Part shown: positions 24,895 through 37,049 of the stretch, piece after piece
Position numbering within the stretch: position 1 is the first letter of the stretch
Layout: every line of letters starts with the position of its first letter
Assembly: GCA_030390025.1 (NCBI GenBank)
Contig: CM059432.1
Coordinates: 139,502,001-139,566,000 of the forward strand
Length of the DNA: 64,000 nt
Origin: Squalus acanthias
Taxonomy: Eukaryota
Direction: 5' to 3'
Translations under genes and position numbers: made by a program
The notes under the pieces: generated by a model
Databases searched by the model: none
What the model was told of the DNA's origin: nothing
The model's input: the letters and a program-made list of their open reading frames with translations, nothing else

Positions 24895-24983
24895 GCCTAT
24901 CTTATGCGTCCTTCAATTATTTTCTTTGATGAAGTAGATGGCTTGGCCCCTGTTCGCTCCAGCAGGCAGGATCAGATACACAG
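24895..24983 (+). CDS. ATAD2: ATAD2 exon 13 (Walker B)
   Basis: tttaaag| AYLMRPSIIFFDEVDGLAPVRSSRQDQIH AG|gtaagg. Confidence 0.97.
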
Positions 24984-25154
24984 GTAAGGATGCAAAGGTT
25001 TTTTTTTATCAACAGGATTAAGTACTTTGCATTGTTATTAGTATGGCGACCTGACACCAGTTAAAATTCAGTGCATTAGTAACCCCATCTTGTTACTTGA
25101 TGATATGTATCTGAATTGGGATGGAGCTGCTGAAGTTGGGGATATCTTCCCTGT

Positions 25155-25497
25155 AAAATTCTTAGAGGGCTTGACAGGGTAGCTGCTGAGAGGTTGTTTT
25201 CCCCTGGCTGGAGTGTCTAGAACTAGGGTCCATAGTCTCAGGATGAGGGGTTGGCCATTTAGGGCTGATATGAGGAGGAATTTCTTCACTCAGAGGGTGG
25301 TGAATCTTTGGAATTCTCTACCCCAGAGGGCTGTGGATGCGCAATCGTTCAGTATATTCAAGGCTGAGCTAGCTAGATTTTTGGACATCAAGGGATATGG
25401 GGATAGGGTGGGAAAATGAGTTGAGGCAGAAGATCAGCCATGATCTTATTGAATGGCGGAGCAGGTCTACTCCTGCTCCTATTTCTTATGTTCTTGT
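25155..25497 (+). mobile_element. CR1 3'-end fragment
   Basis: ORF 25213-25419 RRNFFTQRVVNLWNSLPQRAV; TTCTTATG tail. Confidence 0.9.
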
Positions 25498-25992
25498 ATG
25501 AAAAAGTTCAATTGTTTTTAGTTGCATATTTCAAAGAAAAGGAGTATATTAGTAATAGATGGGCTTTCCTGTTTTCATTAAGTTTTTCCATATTTAGATA
25601 TTTATTTTCCCATTTTTGTCCCTTACCCTATTTCACCAAGTTCAGTTTTTGTTCTTTTTCTTTCGGTCAAAAGTAGGACCTCATTATTCACCAAGAAAAG
25701 AATGTAGAGCATGATGATCAATTTGATCATAAATTTCTGTGGGATTGTCCAGATAGTTTTTTTTAATGGATTTATGGGGAACCCTTGTTCACATTTTTTT
25801 CCCAGATTTTAATTTGGTTTTTGTACAGAAACGCCAACTTCAAAATTCTGCATGTTTATGATTATGATTTTTATTGATTAAACCCGAAACCTCGATCCCC
25901 TGGTTATACGCTTCTATACTTAAGTCTTGGCTTGAATTATAGTGCTTATATATTTTTACTCTGCCTGCTGTGATGAAATTTTAATGTTCTAA

Positions 25993-26202
<210 letters not shown>

Positions 26203-26258
26203 TAATGGATTAATGTAAAGCTACAGTAGTAACTTTCTGATTACCAAAATGGGAGGAT

Positions 26259-27845
26259 TAAGAACATAAGAAATAGGAGCAGGAGTTGGCCATTTGGCCC
26301 TTCGAGCCTGCTCCGCCATTCAATAAGATCATGGCTGATCTTCTACCTCATCTCCACTTTCCTGCACTATCCCCATATCCCTTGATTCCCTTAATATCCA
26401 AAAACCTATCGATCTCTGTCTTGAATATACTCAACGACTGAGCCTCCACAGCCCTCTGGGGTAGAGAATTCCAAAGATTCAGCACCCTCTGAGTGAAGAG
26501 ATTTCTCCTCATCTCAGTCCTAAATGGCCGACCCCTTATTCTGAGACTGACCCCTGGTTCTAGACTCCCCAGCCAGGGAAAACATCCTCCCCGCACCTAC
26601 ACTGTCGAGCCCTGTAAGAATTTTGTATGTTTCAATGAGATCACCTCTCATTCTTCTAAACTCTAGGAATATAGGCTTAGTCTACTCAATCTCTCCTCAT
26701 AGGACAATCCCCCCATCCCATGAATCAGTCTGGTGAACCTTCATTGCACTCCCTCTATGGCACGTATATACTTCCTTAGGTAAGGAGACCAAAACTGTAC
26801 ACAATGCTCCAGGTGTGGTCTCACCAGGGCCCTATATAATTGCAGTAAGACGTCTTTACTCTTATACTCAAATGCTCTTGTAATAAAGGCCAACATACCA
26901 TTTGCTTTCCTAATTGCTTGCTGTACCTGCATGTTAACTTTCAGTGATTCGTGTACAAGGACACCAACATTTCCCAATCTCTCTCCATTAAAAAAAATTC
27001 TCTGCTTTTCTATTTTTCCTACCAAAGTGGGTTACTTCACATTTCTCCACATTATATTCCATTTGCCATGTTCTTGCCCATTCACTTAGCCTGTCTATAT
27101 CCTCTTGAAGCCTCTTTGCATCCTCCTCACAACTTACATTCTCATCTAGCTTTGTATCATCAGCAAATTTGGATATATTACATTTGGTCCCCTCATCCAA
27201 TTCATTGATGTAGAATGTGAATAGCTGATGCCCAAGCACTGATCCTTGCGGTACCGCACTAGTTACAGTCTGCCAACCCGAAAATGACCCGTTTATTCCT
27301 ACTCTCTGTTTTCTGTCCATTAACCAATCCTCCATCCATGCTAGTATATTACCCTCAATCCCATGAGCCCTAATTTTGTTTAATAATTTCTTGCGTGGCA
27401 CCTTATCGAATGCCTTCTGAAAATCCAAATACATCACATCCACTGGTTCCCCCTTATCTATTCTGCTAGTTACATCCTCAAAGAACTCTAACAGATAACG
27501 ATTTCCCTTTCATAAATCCGTGTTGACTCTGCCCAATCCTATTATTATCTAAGTGCCCTGTTACCACGTCCTTAATAATAGATTCTAGCATTTTCCCTAC
27601 TACTGATGTCAGGCTAACTGGTCTTTAGTTCCCCGTTTTCTCTCTCCCTCCTTTCTTAAATAGTGGGGTTATATTTGCTACCTTCCAATCCACGAGAACC
27701 GTTCTAGAATCTATGGAACTTTGGAAAAAGACATCCAATGCATCCACTATCTCTATAGCCACCTCTTTCAAAACCCTAGGATGTAGGCCATCAGGTCATG
27801 GGGATTTATCGGCTTTTAGTCCCATTAATTTCTCCAGTACAATTT
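26259..27845 (-). mobile_element. 5'-truncated CR1 LINE (RT and 3' end)
   Basis: ORFs 26988-27443 (YLDFQKAFDKVP, VPQGSVLG, KFADDTK), 26741-27025 and 26348-26596. Confidence 0.95.
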
Positions 27846-28574
27846 TTTTTTTTTACTTATACTGCAGTTTATTATATTTTGGCAAGACAACCTTGTGCGG
27901 TTTCTCTCAACTGCTCTAAGTTTATTTTTTGGAGTCTCTCAATGTCACTCGGCATCTATGGCAGAGAGCCATGCTGCTGGCCAAATCCCCAGACCTTTAC
28001 CAATGCTACCCTTTGGCTAGCTTGATTATGGTAATGATAGCAGTTGACCTATGTTTTCCAAAATCTTTAGTTGACTTTACTTGTGCAGAATTTCATTGAA
28101 GAGAACTTGATTTTCACAGCATGCTGGAGGAAAGGGAAGGTTTGTTCCAGTGTGTGCACTAAAAAGGGATTGATGGGCTGTGCACCATTGATTGCTGGTC
28201 GTGGGCGAGGCATTAAAACATTGTATGGAAGCAGTTTCTGTTTTACCTCTAGTGTCAATGTACACTTTTTTTAGTTTATTTGTGTTTGTTATTCACTGTG
28301 TTCTTGTGTGGCACCGATTTTAGTTTTATCCTGTTATAAATTACTGTTTTTCTTAAACTGCTGTAATCCATAGCCATGTTGGTGTCTAAAACACAACCCC
28401 CACTTTTCAGGTCATACAAACATATGCATTAGATTCTTAGAGTAATTGAAAACAATGCTATTTGCAGAAGTATAAAGTCAGTTTTCACTAGAAATGGCGT
28501 ATGAGTTGTCTACAGTGCATTCATGAAATTGTTCTGTGTTTGTGTCTTCTGACCCTTTTCCAATTTGCCTGTAG

Positions 28575-28665
28575 GCCCGTAAAGAGATTCTAAAGATCCA
28601 TACCAGGGACTGGAATCCAAAGCCATCAGATGCATTTCTCCAAGAACTGGCAGAAAAGTGTGTAG
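28575..28665 (+). CDS. ATAD2: ATAD2 exon 15
   Basis: cctgtag| ARKEILKIHTRDWNPKPSDAFLQELAEKCV G|gtaagt. Confidence 0.97.
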
Positions 28666-28820
28666 GTAAGTAATCTGGTACAGTGGATAACTGAAGAATA
28701 AACTGGATATGTACACTTGTCCACAATCTTAAATATTGTGTGTGGTTAGAAGAATTTATCTAATTGAACAATACTGCTTAATATGTGAGCATTAGCTCAC
28801 CAGTCTGTTTTGTTCCATAG

Positions 28821-29135
28821 GTTACTGTGGTGCTGATATTAAATCTGTCTGCGCTGAAGCAGCACTGTGTGCCTTGCGCCGCCGTTACCCCCAGATTTAC
28901 GTCACCAATGAGAAATTGCAACTAGATATATCTTCCATCAACATCATAGCGCGAGATTTTGTGATGGCCATGCAGAAGATCGTGCCTGCTTCTCAGAGGA
29001 TGGTGGCCTCGCCTGGACAAGCGCTGTCGTTTATTGTCAGACCGCTCCTGGAGAACACCTTCTGTAAAATTCTGGAGGCATTGAAAAAGATTTTCCCACA
29101 CGCAGAGCAAGATTTAAAAAAGAATGGCAAGACTG
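28821..29135 (+). CDS. ATAD2: ATAD2 exon 16
   Basis: ttccatag| GYCGADIKSVCAEAALCALRRRYPQIY...IFPHAEQDLKKNGKT G|gtgaga. Confidence 0.97.
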
Positions 29136-29148
29136 GTGAGAATTACAT

Positions 29149-29375
29149 ACATAGAATTTACAGCACAGAAACAGGCCATTCGGCCCAACTGGTCTGTGCC
29201 GGTGTTTATGCTCCACATGAGTCTCCTCCCACCCTTCTTCATCTCACTGTATCCGCATATCCTTCTATTCCTTTCTCCCTCATGCTTGTCTAGCTTCCCC
29301 TTAAATGCATCTGCTATTCACCTCAACCACTTGTGGTAGAGAGTTTCACATTCTAACCGTTCTGAGTAAAGAGAT
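29149..29375 (-). mobile_element. CR1 3'UTR fragment
   Basis: Reverse complement of the 3' end of the 13100-17115 type element; similar copy at ~19108-19295. Confidence 0.8.
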
Positions 29376-29619
29376 AAACCATTTTGATTATTTCAGTCAT
29401 GAAATAGACTTCATAAATCAGTTGTGCTTGCAATACGCTGATTTATGCCTTTTATTCATGAAATAAACCCAGTAATATAACTAGTTCTGACACCATCGAG
29501 GTTATTAAGTAGCTGTACAGTGCTCAAGTATAAATGTCGTCTTGGTTTTGAGAGTTTAAGCTTTGTGCTGGTGAGGTAAGGGATATTTGTTAACTGAAGA
29601 TTTTTCCATTTTTGGCACT

Positions 29620-29910
29620 TGGCATCAAGTACAGCAAGGGCAGATGCAGAATAAAATGCTCGCTCTCCTCTACCTCATGATTTGCTTTTAGCTCCACCTC
29701 AGGAGCAGCCTTACTGCACCAGTATGAACTTTTCACCACCTACACCAGCCATCTGTGTGTGGCCTTTGAGTGAGATTGTCATTTTTGTGCATATTGCCTA
29801 AATGGGTTTCATGTAGGATTGTTGCAGCTGGTCCCTTTAATCCAGGTTGGATTGAGATCCAGAATTTCAGAGGTGAAATTACAGCATATTAACTTGCTGC
29901 CCACCCAAAC
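29620..29910 (-). mobile_element. Old SINE relic, LF-SINE-like
   Basis: Ordered minus-strand motifs TTTCACCTCT, CCTACATGAAA, TGACAATCTCACTCAAAGGCCA, CTGCCCTTGCTGTACTTG resemble the LF-SINE consensus as I recall it. Confidence 0.45.
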
Positions 29911-30322
29911 ATAGAGGTTAAAGATGAAGCAAAGGCTTGGGAACACATCACGGGGCAGCAGACGTGCATTCCAGGCAGGCTCTGTTCATTTTTAATGGAA
30001 GGCAGTGTTTCAAACTGCACTGGAAACTTGTCTGCAGGTGTGAGTTGGGGAAAATAGCTCCCATCTGTGTACATAACAGCCATTAGTAGCTTTTCCTCCC
30101 CTTGGGTATTGTTTGTTTGTTTCCACTGAACATTAATAGTATTTCTTCAATATAGGTGAGGTTATTATGTATGCTGCCAGTGTCAATTGTATGCAGATCA
30201 ATATAGCCTTTTTACAGTTCCAACTCTTTTTAAAGTAATTTTATACCTTTTTGAATTGCAACCACCCCTGCTGTTAAAACTCCATTTACCATATGGGGTG
30301 ATATTAGCAACAGTATTTTTTA

Positions 30323-30655
30323 AATTCATTCTCGGGATGTGGGCGTCACTGGCAAGGCCAACATTTATTCCCTATCTCTAGATGCTGTGACAACCGAGTG
30401 GCTTGCTAGGCCACTTTGGAGGGCACTTAAGAGTCAACATGTTGGTGTGGGACTGGAGTCACATAGGCCAGACCGGGTAAGGACGGCAGTGAAACAGTTG
30501 GATTTTTATGACAATCTGGTAGCTTCATGGTCACTTTTATTGATGCCAGCTTTTTATTCCCAGATTTTATTTAACTGAATCCAAATTCTCAAACTGCTGT
30601 AGTGGGATTTGAACTTGCGTTCTCTGGTTTACTAGTCCAGTAATATAACCACTAC
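30323..30655 (-). mobile_element. tRNA-headed SINE, a second family
   Basis: Minus strand begins GTAGTGGTTATATTACTGGACT..GTTCAAATCCC (pol III box-like) and ends GCCAGTGACGCCCACATCCCGAGAATGAA. Confidence 0.6.
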
Positions 30656-31526
30656 AGTGAGAATAGACTGGCAGTAAAAGGAAACCTACCAGTGTCCAGA
30701 GAAGCTCTATATAGGTGAAAACTTTTCACTATCTGTAATATGGGTTGTGGGGGGTGGGGGGGAGGTGTGGCTGCAGGGGACAACCACATTTTCTTTTGCT
30801 GTCTACAACAGTTTATAGTGATCCTGGCTCAAAAAGCAGGATTCCAATTTGTGCCTCAAACTTCACTTCCTCCGTTTTAGCACTGCAAGATTTGTGCTGT
30901 AAATAGGATGCCAAGCTCTTTAAAATCATGGAAATTCTAGGACAGGAGGGGGCCAATTGTGCCTAGGCTGCTGCTGGTTCTTGGGAAGTCTCCACTCTGT
31001 CGTTTCCCTATATCCTGTAAAATTCTTCATTTTGAAATAATTATGCAATTTTCTTTCTATTGATGTTCTAGTCTCTACCTCAATTGTCACTTCTGGCAAA
31101 ATATTCCACATTCTAATCCTGTGTGTGAAAAAAGTGCCCCAAACTTCTCCCTTCATTCTTTCCCTCCCAGGCATCACTAATTAAAAATGGAATGTTATTC
31201 TACCTGCTTCAAGTGTTTTATGCTATCCATAGCCACCTATCAGTCTATTCGTAGTTTAATCCAATAATTACTATGATCTCCCCTTTGATGATTTTTTTTT
31301 AAATGGGAAAGCTACTGACTCCCTCATTTCTAAATATGTGAATGTATAACAACCCGTTAAAGTATTGAGCTAATAACTGGGAGAATATTCATTCACACCC
31401 ATTTCCACTTTCCACTCCGGCTGATGGCTATCGCCAGCTAGTTCTTTGGTTATTAGTAACTTTTTATAGCCTCGTGTGCTCCCTAAAATCATTTGAACAT
31501 AACTGATGTGATTTCTCCTTAACCAG

Positions 31527-31656
31527 ATGGAATAAGTCATATACTAAATGATGGCATCTACAGTGATGATGAAGGTCCGTCTGTTTATGAAATTGGACCA
31601 CTTCAGAAATCACCCAGTAAGCAGGGACATAATGGGTCCTTCCTCTGTTACACCAG
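31527..31656 (+). CDS. ATAD2: ATAD2 exon 17
   Basis: ttaaccag| DGISHILNDGIYSDDEGPSVYEIGPLQKSPSKQGHNGSFLCYT AG|gtaaga. Confidence 0.93.
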
Positions 31657-32079
31657 GTAAGAACATTTCCGTTATATTCTGTAGAATATCTTTACTTCCG
31701 CACATGTGGGTTTTCTCGGTCCATGATTTTTCTCTTGGCTGCACCACTTGAGGGGGGTTACAAAATTGGGAGGCCTCTCGGGAGTTGGCTCACAAATGGT
31801 GCAAAAATAGTTTTTGGAGACTTAGTGAGAAGGTGAGAAACTTGTATTTAAAAAGAAGGAAATGGAGGTAAATATAACTAACTAAAACTTACAGAATGGT
31901 CAGCATTTAAAGCTTTAATCAATATATGTTGTCAAAATTTAAGTAGTAAACTTGGAGATTCATTTTCTAATTTCTCTTCAATGAATTTTGCCAATCTGTC
32001 CTTTATCTATAAAAAAAATTTTTACATCTACGCACACCTTCTGTGAACTTTTTCCACGATGAATTCCCATGTCCACTTT

Positions 32080-32435
32080 TACTATTCCGGGACTTCAGTG
32101 CAGTATTGTGTTGTTGGAGTTGCTGTCTTTCAGATGCGATGTTAAACCGAGGCCATGTCTGTCTGCTCAGGTAGACGTAAAAGATCCCATGGCACTATTC
32201 AATGAAGAGCGGGGGAGTTCTCTCGGTGTCCTGGCCAACATTTATCCCAACACCACCAAAAACAGACTAACTGTGCACTTATCTCATTGCTGTTTGTGGC
32301 ACCTTACTATGTGCAAATTGGCTGCCATGTTTCGCTACAAAACGTGTGACTACATTTCAAAGGTAATTCATTTACTGTAAAGTGCTTTGCGATGTCCTGA
32401 GGACATGAAAGCCTTATATAAATGCAAGATCGTTC
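32080..32435 (+). mobile_element. Deu-domain SINE, 5'-degenerate
   Basis: GTTAAACCGAGG..AAAGATCCCATGGCACTATT..TATATAAATGCAAG. Confidence 0.82.
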
Positions 32436-33104
32436 TTTACAAAGCAAACTGCTTATGTAAACTCGTCACGCTGTAATTATACCCTCCTGCCAGCAGAGGT
32501 GCTGCATTGCCACCACAGATGAATGGATAGGTGAAATTGTAGTATGGCTAGTTTACATGGGCAGTTTACATTTATAAAAGTGGACATAATTTATAACATT
32601 TTTTTTTTAAAAGGACAAATGTATCACTTTAAAGTAGGGATTCATTTACATATCCCGCCCTCTAACCCCACTTAACCTGAAGATTACACTTGGTCATGAC
32701 TCCAAGTGTGCAATGCCATGGGAGATCAACAGTAAAACACAGAAATAGTATGTCTTTTTCTGTGATCCACTGGGTGACCGGTTTGTAAAGCGACATTTTG
32801 GAAGATTAGGGCTATCTGTATCACTCCTCACAACTTAGCAACAGTCTGAGGGAGTGTCAACTGAAGATCCTACATCAATCTTGCTATTCTCCCCTCATTC
32901 TTGCACTACACTTTAACATATCCTTTACTGACATTAAAACAAAATTCCCAAAACTTTGTCTTTGAATGACATTTTCATTTTTCTTTTCTTTTTGTGCTGA
33001 AATCTTGCTGTAAATATTGTAAGCATGCCTTTCAAAGTCGAGCAGTAAACATGCATGAATGTCTGGCCTTTCATTTTTTTAAAAAAAACACTTTTTTTTA
33101 TTAG

Positions 33105-33291
33105 GTGTGCCTATCACCAACCAACCTCTTACAGACCAAGGCTACTGCTGGCTGGGATACCGGGTTCAGGTCAGAGTTCACATCTTGCCCCCGCACTACT
33201 TCACAGCTTGGAGAAATACGCGGTGCATACCCTGGATCTTCCAGGATTGTATGGCGTCAGTGCCACTTCACCTGAAGAAACCTGCGCATTG
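33105..33291 (+). CDS. ATAD2: ATAD2 exon 18 (AAA2, degenerate P-loop GIPGSGQS)
   Basis: tttattag| RCAYHQPTSYRPRLLLAGIPGSGQSSHLAPALLHSLEK...SPEETCAL |gtaaga. Confidence 0.97.
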
Positions 33292-33909
33292 GTAAGATTA
33301 TGTATAGTTGAAATGATCTGGATGTACATTTTTGTGGGAACATGATGGAAGTTATTTTTAAATTCAATTCAGTCTTTCCAGAATAGGTTTAGAAAGTCAC
33401 CCTTGTGGAGGCATTCACCTTGTAATGTTGCATTTTTTCCACCAGGGATCTGCCATTATATCCTTTTCTGCAGAACACTGCAGGTACTGCATATCACCAA
33501 TATAGATGCCTGTTGGAGCTCTTTTTTATATAAAAGAGTCACTTTTACAGATCCTCCGGGTCGCATGGGAACATTTTTTTGTTTTACACCGCTCCTTCCC
33601 CACTCACATAGAAACATAGAATCCAGGAGCAGGAGTAGGCCATTCGGCCCGTCGAGCCTGCTCCACCATTCAATACGATCATGGCTGATCATCCAAATCC
33701 AGTACCCTGTCCCTGCTTTAATCCCCACAGTACACATATCCCACCCTACCCCCGTAACCCCACATGCGCGCACATACTTTGCCATTCTACCTGTCACACA
33801 CTTTGCTGCCATGGTCTGATTCGGTATGAGAACAAAAAAAATATTTTCCCAGTCAGACACAGTTGTGCTAAAAACATTTGCAAATTATATCTAGGTTCAC
33901 TAGATAGAT

Positions 33910-34367
33910 TCCTGGAATGAGAGGGTTGTCCTATGAGGAGAGATTGAGTAAATTAGGCCTATACTCTCGAGTTTAGAAGAATACTCTCATTGCAACGTAT
34001 AAAATTCTGAGGGGGATTGACAGGGTAGATGCTGAGAGGCTGTTTCTCCTGGCTGGAGAGTCTAGAACTAGGGGGCATAGTCTCAGGATAAGGGGTCGGC
34101 CATTTAGGATTGATATGAAGAGAAATTTCTTCATGCAGGGGGTTGTGAATCTTTGGAATTCTCTACCCCAGAGGGCTGTGGATGTTTAGTTGTTGAATAT
34201 ATTCAAGGCTGAGATCGCTAGATTTTTGGACTCTCAGGGAATCCAGGAATATGGGGATAGGGCGGGAAGGTGGAGTTGAGGTAGAAGATCAGCCATGATC
34301 TTATTGAATGGTGGAGCAGGCTTGGAGGATCATATGGCCTACTCCTGCTCCTATTTCTTATGTTCTT
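33910..34367 (+). mobile_element. CR1 3'-end fragment
   Basis: Same subfamily and tail as 25155-25497. Confidence 0.9.
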
Positions 34368-35547
34368 TATATTTAAATGGGATAAGCACAATTGAACGAA
34401 ATGGGTGAAGTAAACATCTTGAAGGTAGGTGTCTCCATTCTCCTCTAAATAGAAGGCGTTTTTGAAGAAGTGCTTGTTTTTAAATTGCCCCGTCTACAAC
34501 ATTTGTTTGGGTTTTACTTCAGTTTTTGGGCGGGCAGGGAAGAGAGGAATTTGTATCAAACTGGCGCAGTGGCTTTGAAACCCAACTGGCTCTGGAGAGT
34601 CCCCTTTGAAAACTGAGGAGCGTTTCATTTACCTTTCCTGCAATATGTAATGTTCAAAGAAATTATGGAAAGGCTCCCAATCTCCACGGAAGGCAAATTT
34701 CCAAAGCAGTGTAGTGGAAGAAAATTACACATTGGGTGTTTGCAGGTGCAGAGCATTGGTTGAGATTTTTGCGTGAACAAACTACAGTATCCACTTTCAC
34801 TTAGCTACTGGTCTGAGTGAGGAACAAGGTTTTGGTTAGTCTCTCGTACACCAACTGGTGCAGCATTTGACAATGAACACCCTCAACACAGGATGACAAC
34901 TCAAGGCTTTATCTTCCACTGATGTGCCAAGTTGAGGTTATTGGGTTTCTCACTAGCATTCCAGAAAAGACTAATGGAAAGGGCTATTTTTTAAGCAAAT
35001 ATCAGACGATGTCTCTTTTTTAAATAAAGAAAATGCAGCAGTTCTGATTTACCCACAATATCTTCAACTCCTACCTAGCATCCAGTACAAGGTATGTCTA
35101 GCAGAGAGCAGATCGAGGCTGGTCTCAGCCCTGCAGTTTAATGTTCTGGATAGGTTGAACAGGAAGGGCCAAGCAGAAGTAGTTTACTGCTCCCCCACCG
35201 TCCAGCGGTGACTCCAGTCACTGCCATCCACAGAACTGCTGGAAACTACATCAGATCAGTTTTAATAAATTGCATCTAGTCTTGTTGGATATATAGGTAA
35301 AGAAACCAAGATTCAAGTGAGTTTTGTTTCCGCCCTGAGAGAGTCCAAATCTGGAGCTGCAGGAGCAAAGTGCAGGTGTTGCTGCTCATTGGAGATGTAG
35401 ATATCATATTCTCATTAAGTTAGTAATGTATGTGTCATTTTCTATTGCCAGTAATTAAAATTAATTTTTAGATCTGTGAAGATTATAAGGATTGTTGTGC
35501 CTGTTGTGTGCATTTTTTATTTTACACGATTATTTTGTGCCTTTTAG

Positions 35548-35733
35548 CTGTTCCGAGAAGCTCGAAGGACCGCCCCAAGTATAGTGTATATTCCTCACAT
35601 TGATCAGTGGTGGGAATCAGTTGGAGACACCTTGAGAGCTACATTCATTACATTACTTCAAGACATTCCCTCATTTACCCCAGTCTTGCTACTGGCAACA
35701 TGTGATGTCCTGCACAGTGAGCTGGCAGAAGAG
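35548..35733 (+). CDS. ATAD2: ATAD2 exon 19
   Basis: cttttag| LFREARRTAPSIVYIPHIDQWWESVGDTLRATFITLLQDIPSFTPVLLLATCDVLHSELAEE |gtgaat. Confidence 0.97.
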
Positions 35734-36015
35734 GTGAATTTTCATGTAACTGAAATCCTGTACATTTTGTATTAACTATTTTGTTTAATCTGAGCTAGAT
35801 TGTGACATTTGAATGAGGGTTCATTCTGATGGCTTGTATCGGGTTGATTTAAAAAAAAAAGAGAAATGTATCTTGTCCTCACTAGTGACAAATAGTGTTC
35901 CAGCTATTCTTCTAACATATGTGTAGGGTTTGTTGATAGTGGTGTTCCTTTTTGATCTTTCTCTCACTGAATGTAATGGTTAAGTACTTTCATCGTGGTA
36001 CTTGCTTTGCACTTC

Positions 36016-36445
36016 ATAAGAACATAACAATTAGGAGCAGGAGTAGGCTATACGTCCCCTCGAGCCTGCTCCACCATTCAATAAGATCATGGCTGATCTT
36101 CAACCTCAACTCCACTTTCCTGCCCAATCTCCATATTCCTTGATTCCCCTAGAGTCCAAAAATCTATCTATCTCAGCCTTGAATATACTCAACGACTGAG
36201 CATCCATAGCTCTCTGGGGTAGAGAATTCCAAAGATTCACAACCCTCTAAGTGAAGAAATTCCTCCTCATCTCAGTCTTAAATGGCCGACCCCTTATCCT
36301 GAGACTATGACCCCTAGTTCTCTCCAGCCAGGGGAAACAACCCCTCAGCATCTACCCTGTCAATCCCCGCCCCCCAGAATCTTGTATGTTTCAATGAGAT
36401 CACCTCTCATTCTTCTAAACTCCAGAGAGTATAGGCTCAATCTCA
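36016..36445 (-). mobile_element. CR1 3'-end fragment
   Basis: Reverse complement of the 33910-34367 type. Confidence 0.9.
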
Positions 36446-36709
36446 TCCAGTGACATAATCTGAATATTGCAAGGAAAGAAATTTCTCAGCAACGTTTTGA
36501 TTAGATTTATTAAATAAATGTTATGTAGGAGTGTGGTTAGAAAAGTGACACAATCTTTGCATTTAGGTCATGTTAATGAATATCACTCTTGTAGATTAAC
36601 TGCACTCTGAACCTCAAGACTGTTTCAGCCTTCTAAAAGATGCCCAGCCATTTTCTGTTTTTAATTCTAATCTCTCATCTGCTTTTTAATTGACCTTTTA
36701 TCTTTTAAG

Positions 36710-36845
36710 GTAAAAGAGATGTTTGTTCGCCATTACGGAGAAGTTTTCAATGTTCAGCTTCCTAGCTGTGGAGAAAGAAAGAAGTTCTTTGAAGACCTGA
36801 TACTGAAACAAGCTGCTAAACCCCCATCATCCAAGAGAAAAGCTG
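36710..36845 (+). CDS. ATAD2: ATAD2 exon 20
   Basis: cttttaag| VKEMFVRHYGEVFNVQLPSCGERKKFFEDLILKQAAKPPSSKRKA G|gtcagt. Confidence 0.96.
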
Positions 36846-37049
36846 GTCAGTCGAAGACTTGTGCTGCTGAAGTGGAATAATTACAATATGAGCCACTACA
36901 CAGATGTGACTGTGGTACTTAGTAAAAGAAAATAGGTTTCAGATACCATTCCTCTGGTTGAATTTCAAACAAATGGTAGTTCTCAAAAGATCCAATAACT
37001 TGATGCAGGGTGCCCTGTATTTGAGGGAAGCACAGTAACTGTGTATATA

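Noticed and set aside
30742..30770. G-quadruplex-like G runs (also ~39620, ~42140)
   Set aside because: Short G/C homopolymer runs are common throughout the window and there is no independent sign of function.
33150..33185. Loss of the Walker A lysine in AAA2 as a novelty
   Set aside because: A degenerate second ATPase domain is a known general feature of ATAD2-family proteins.
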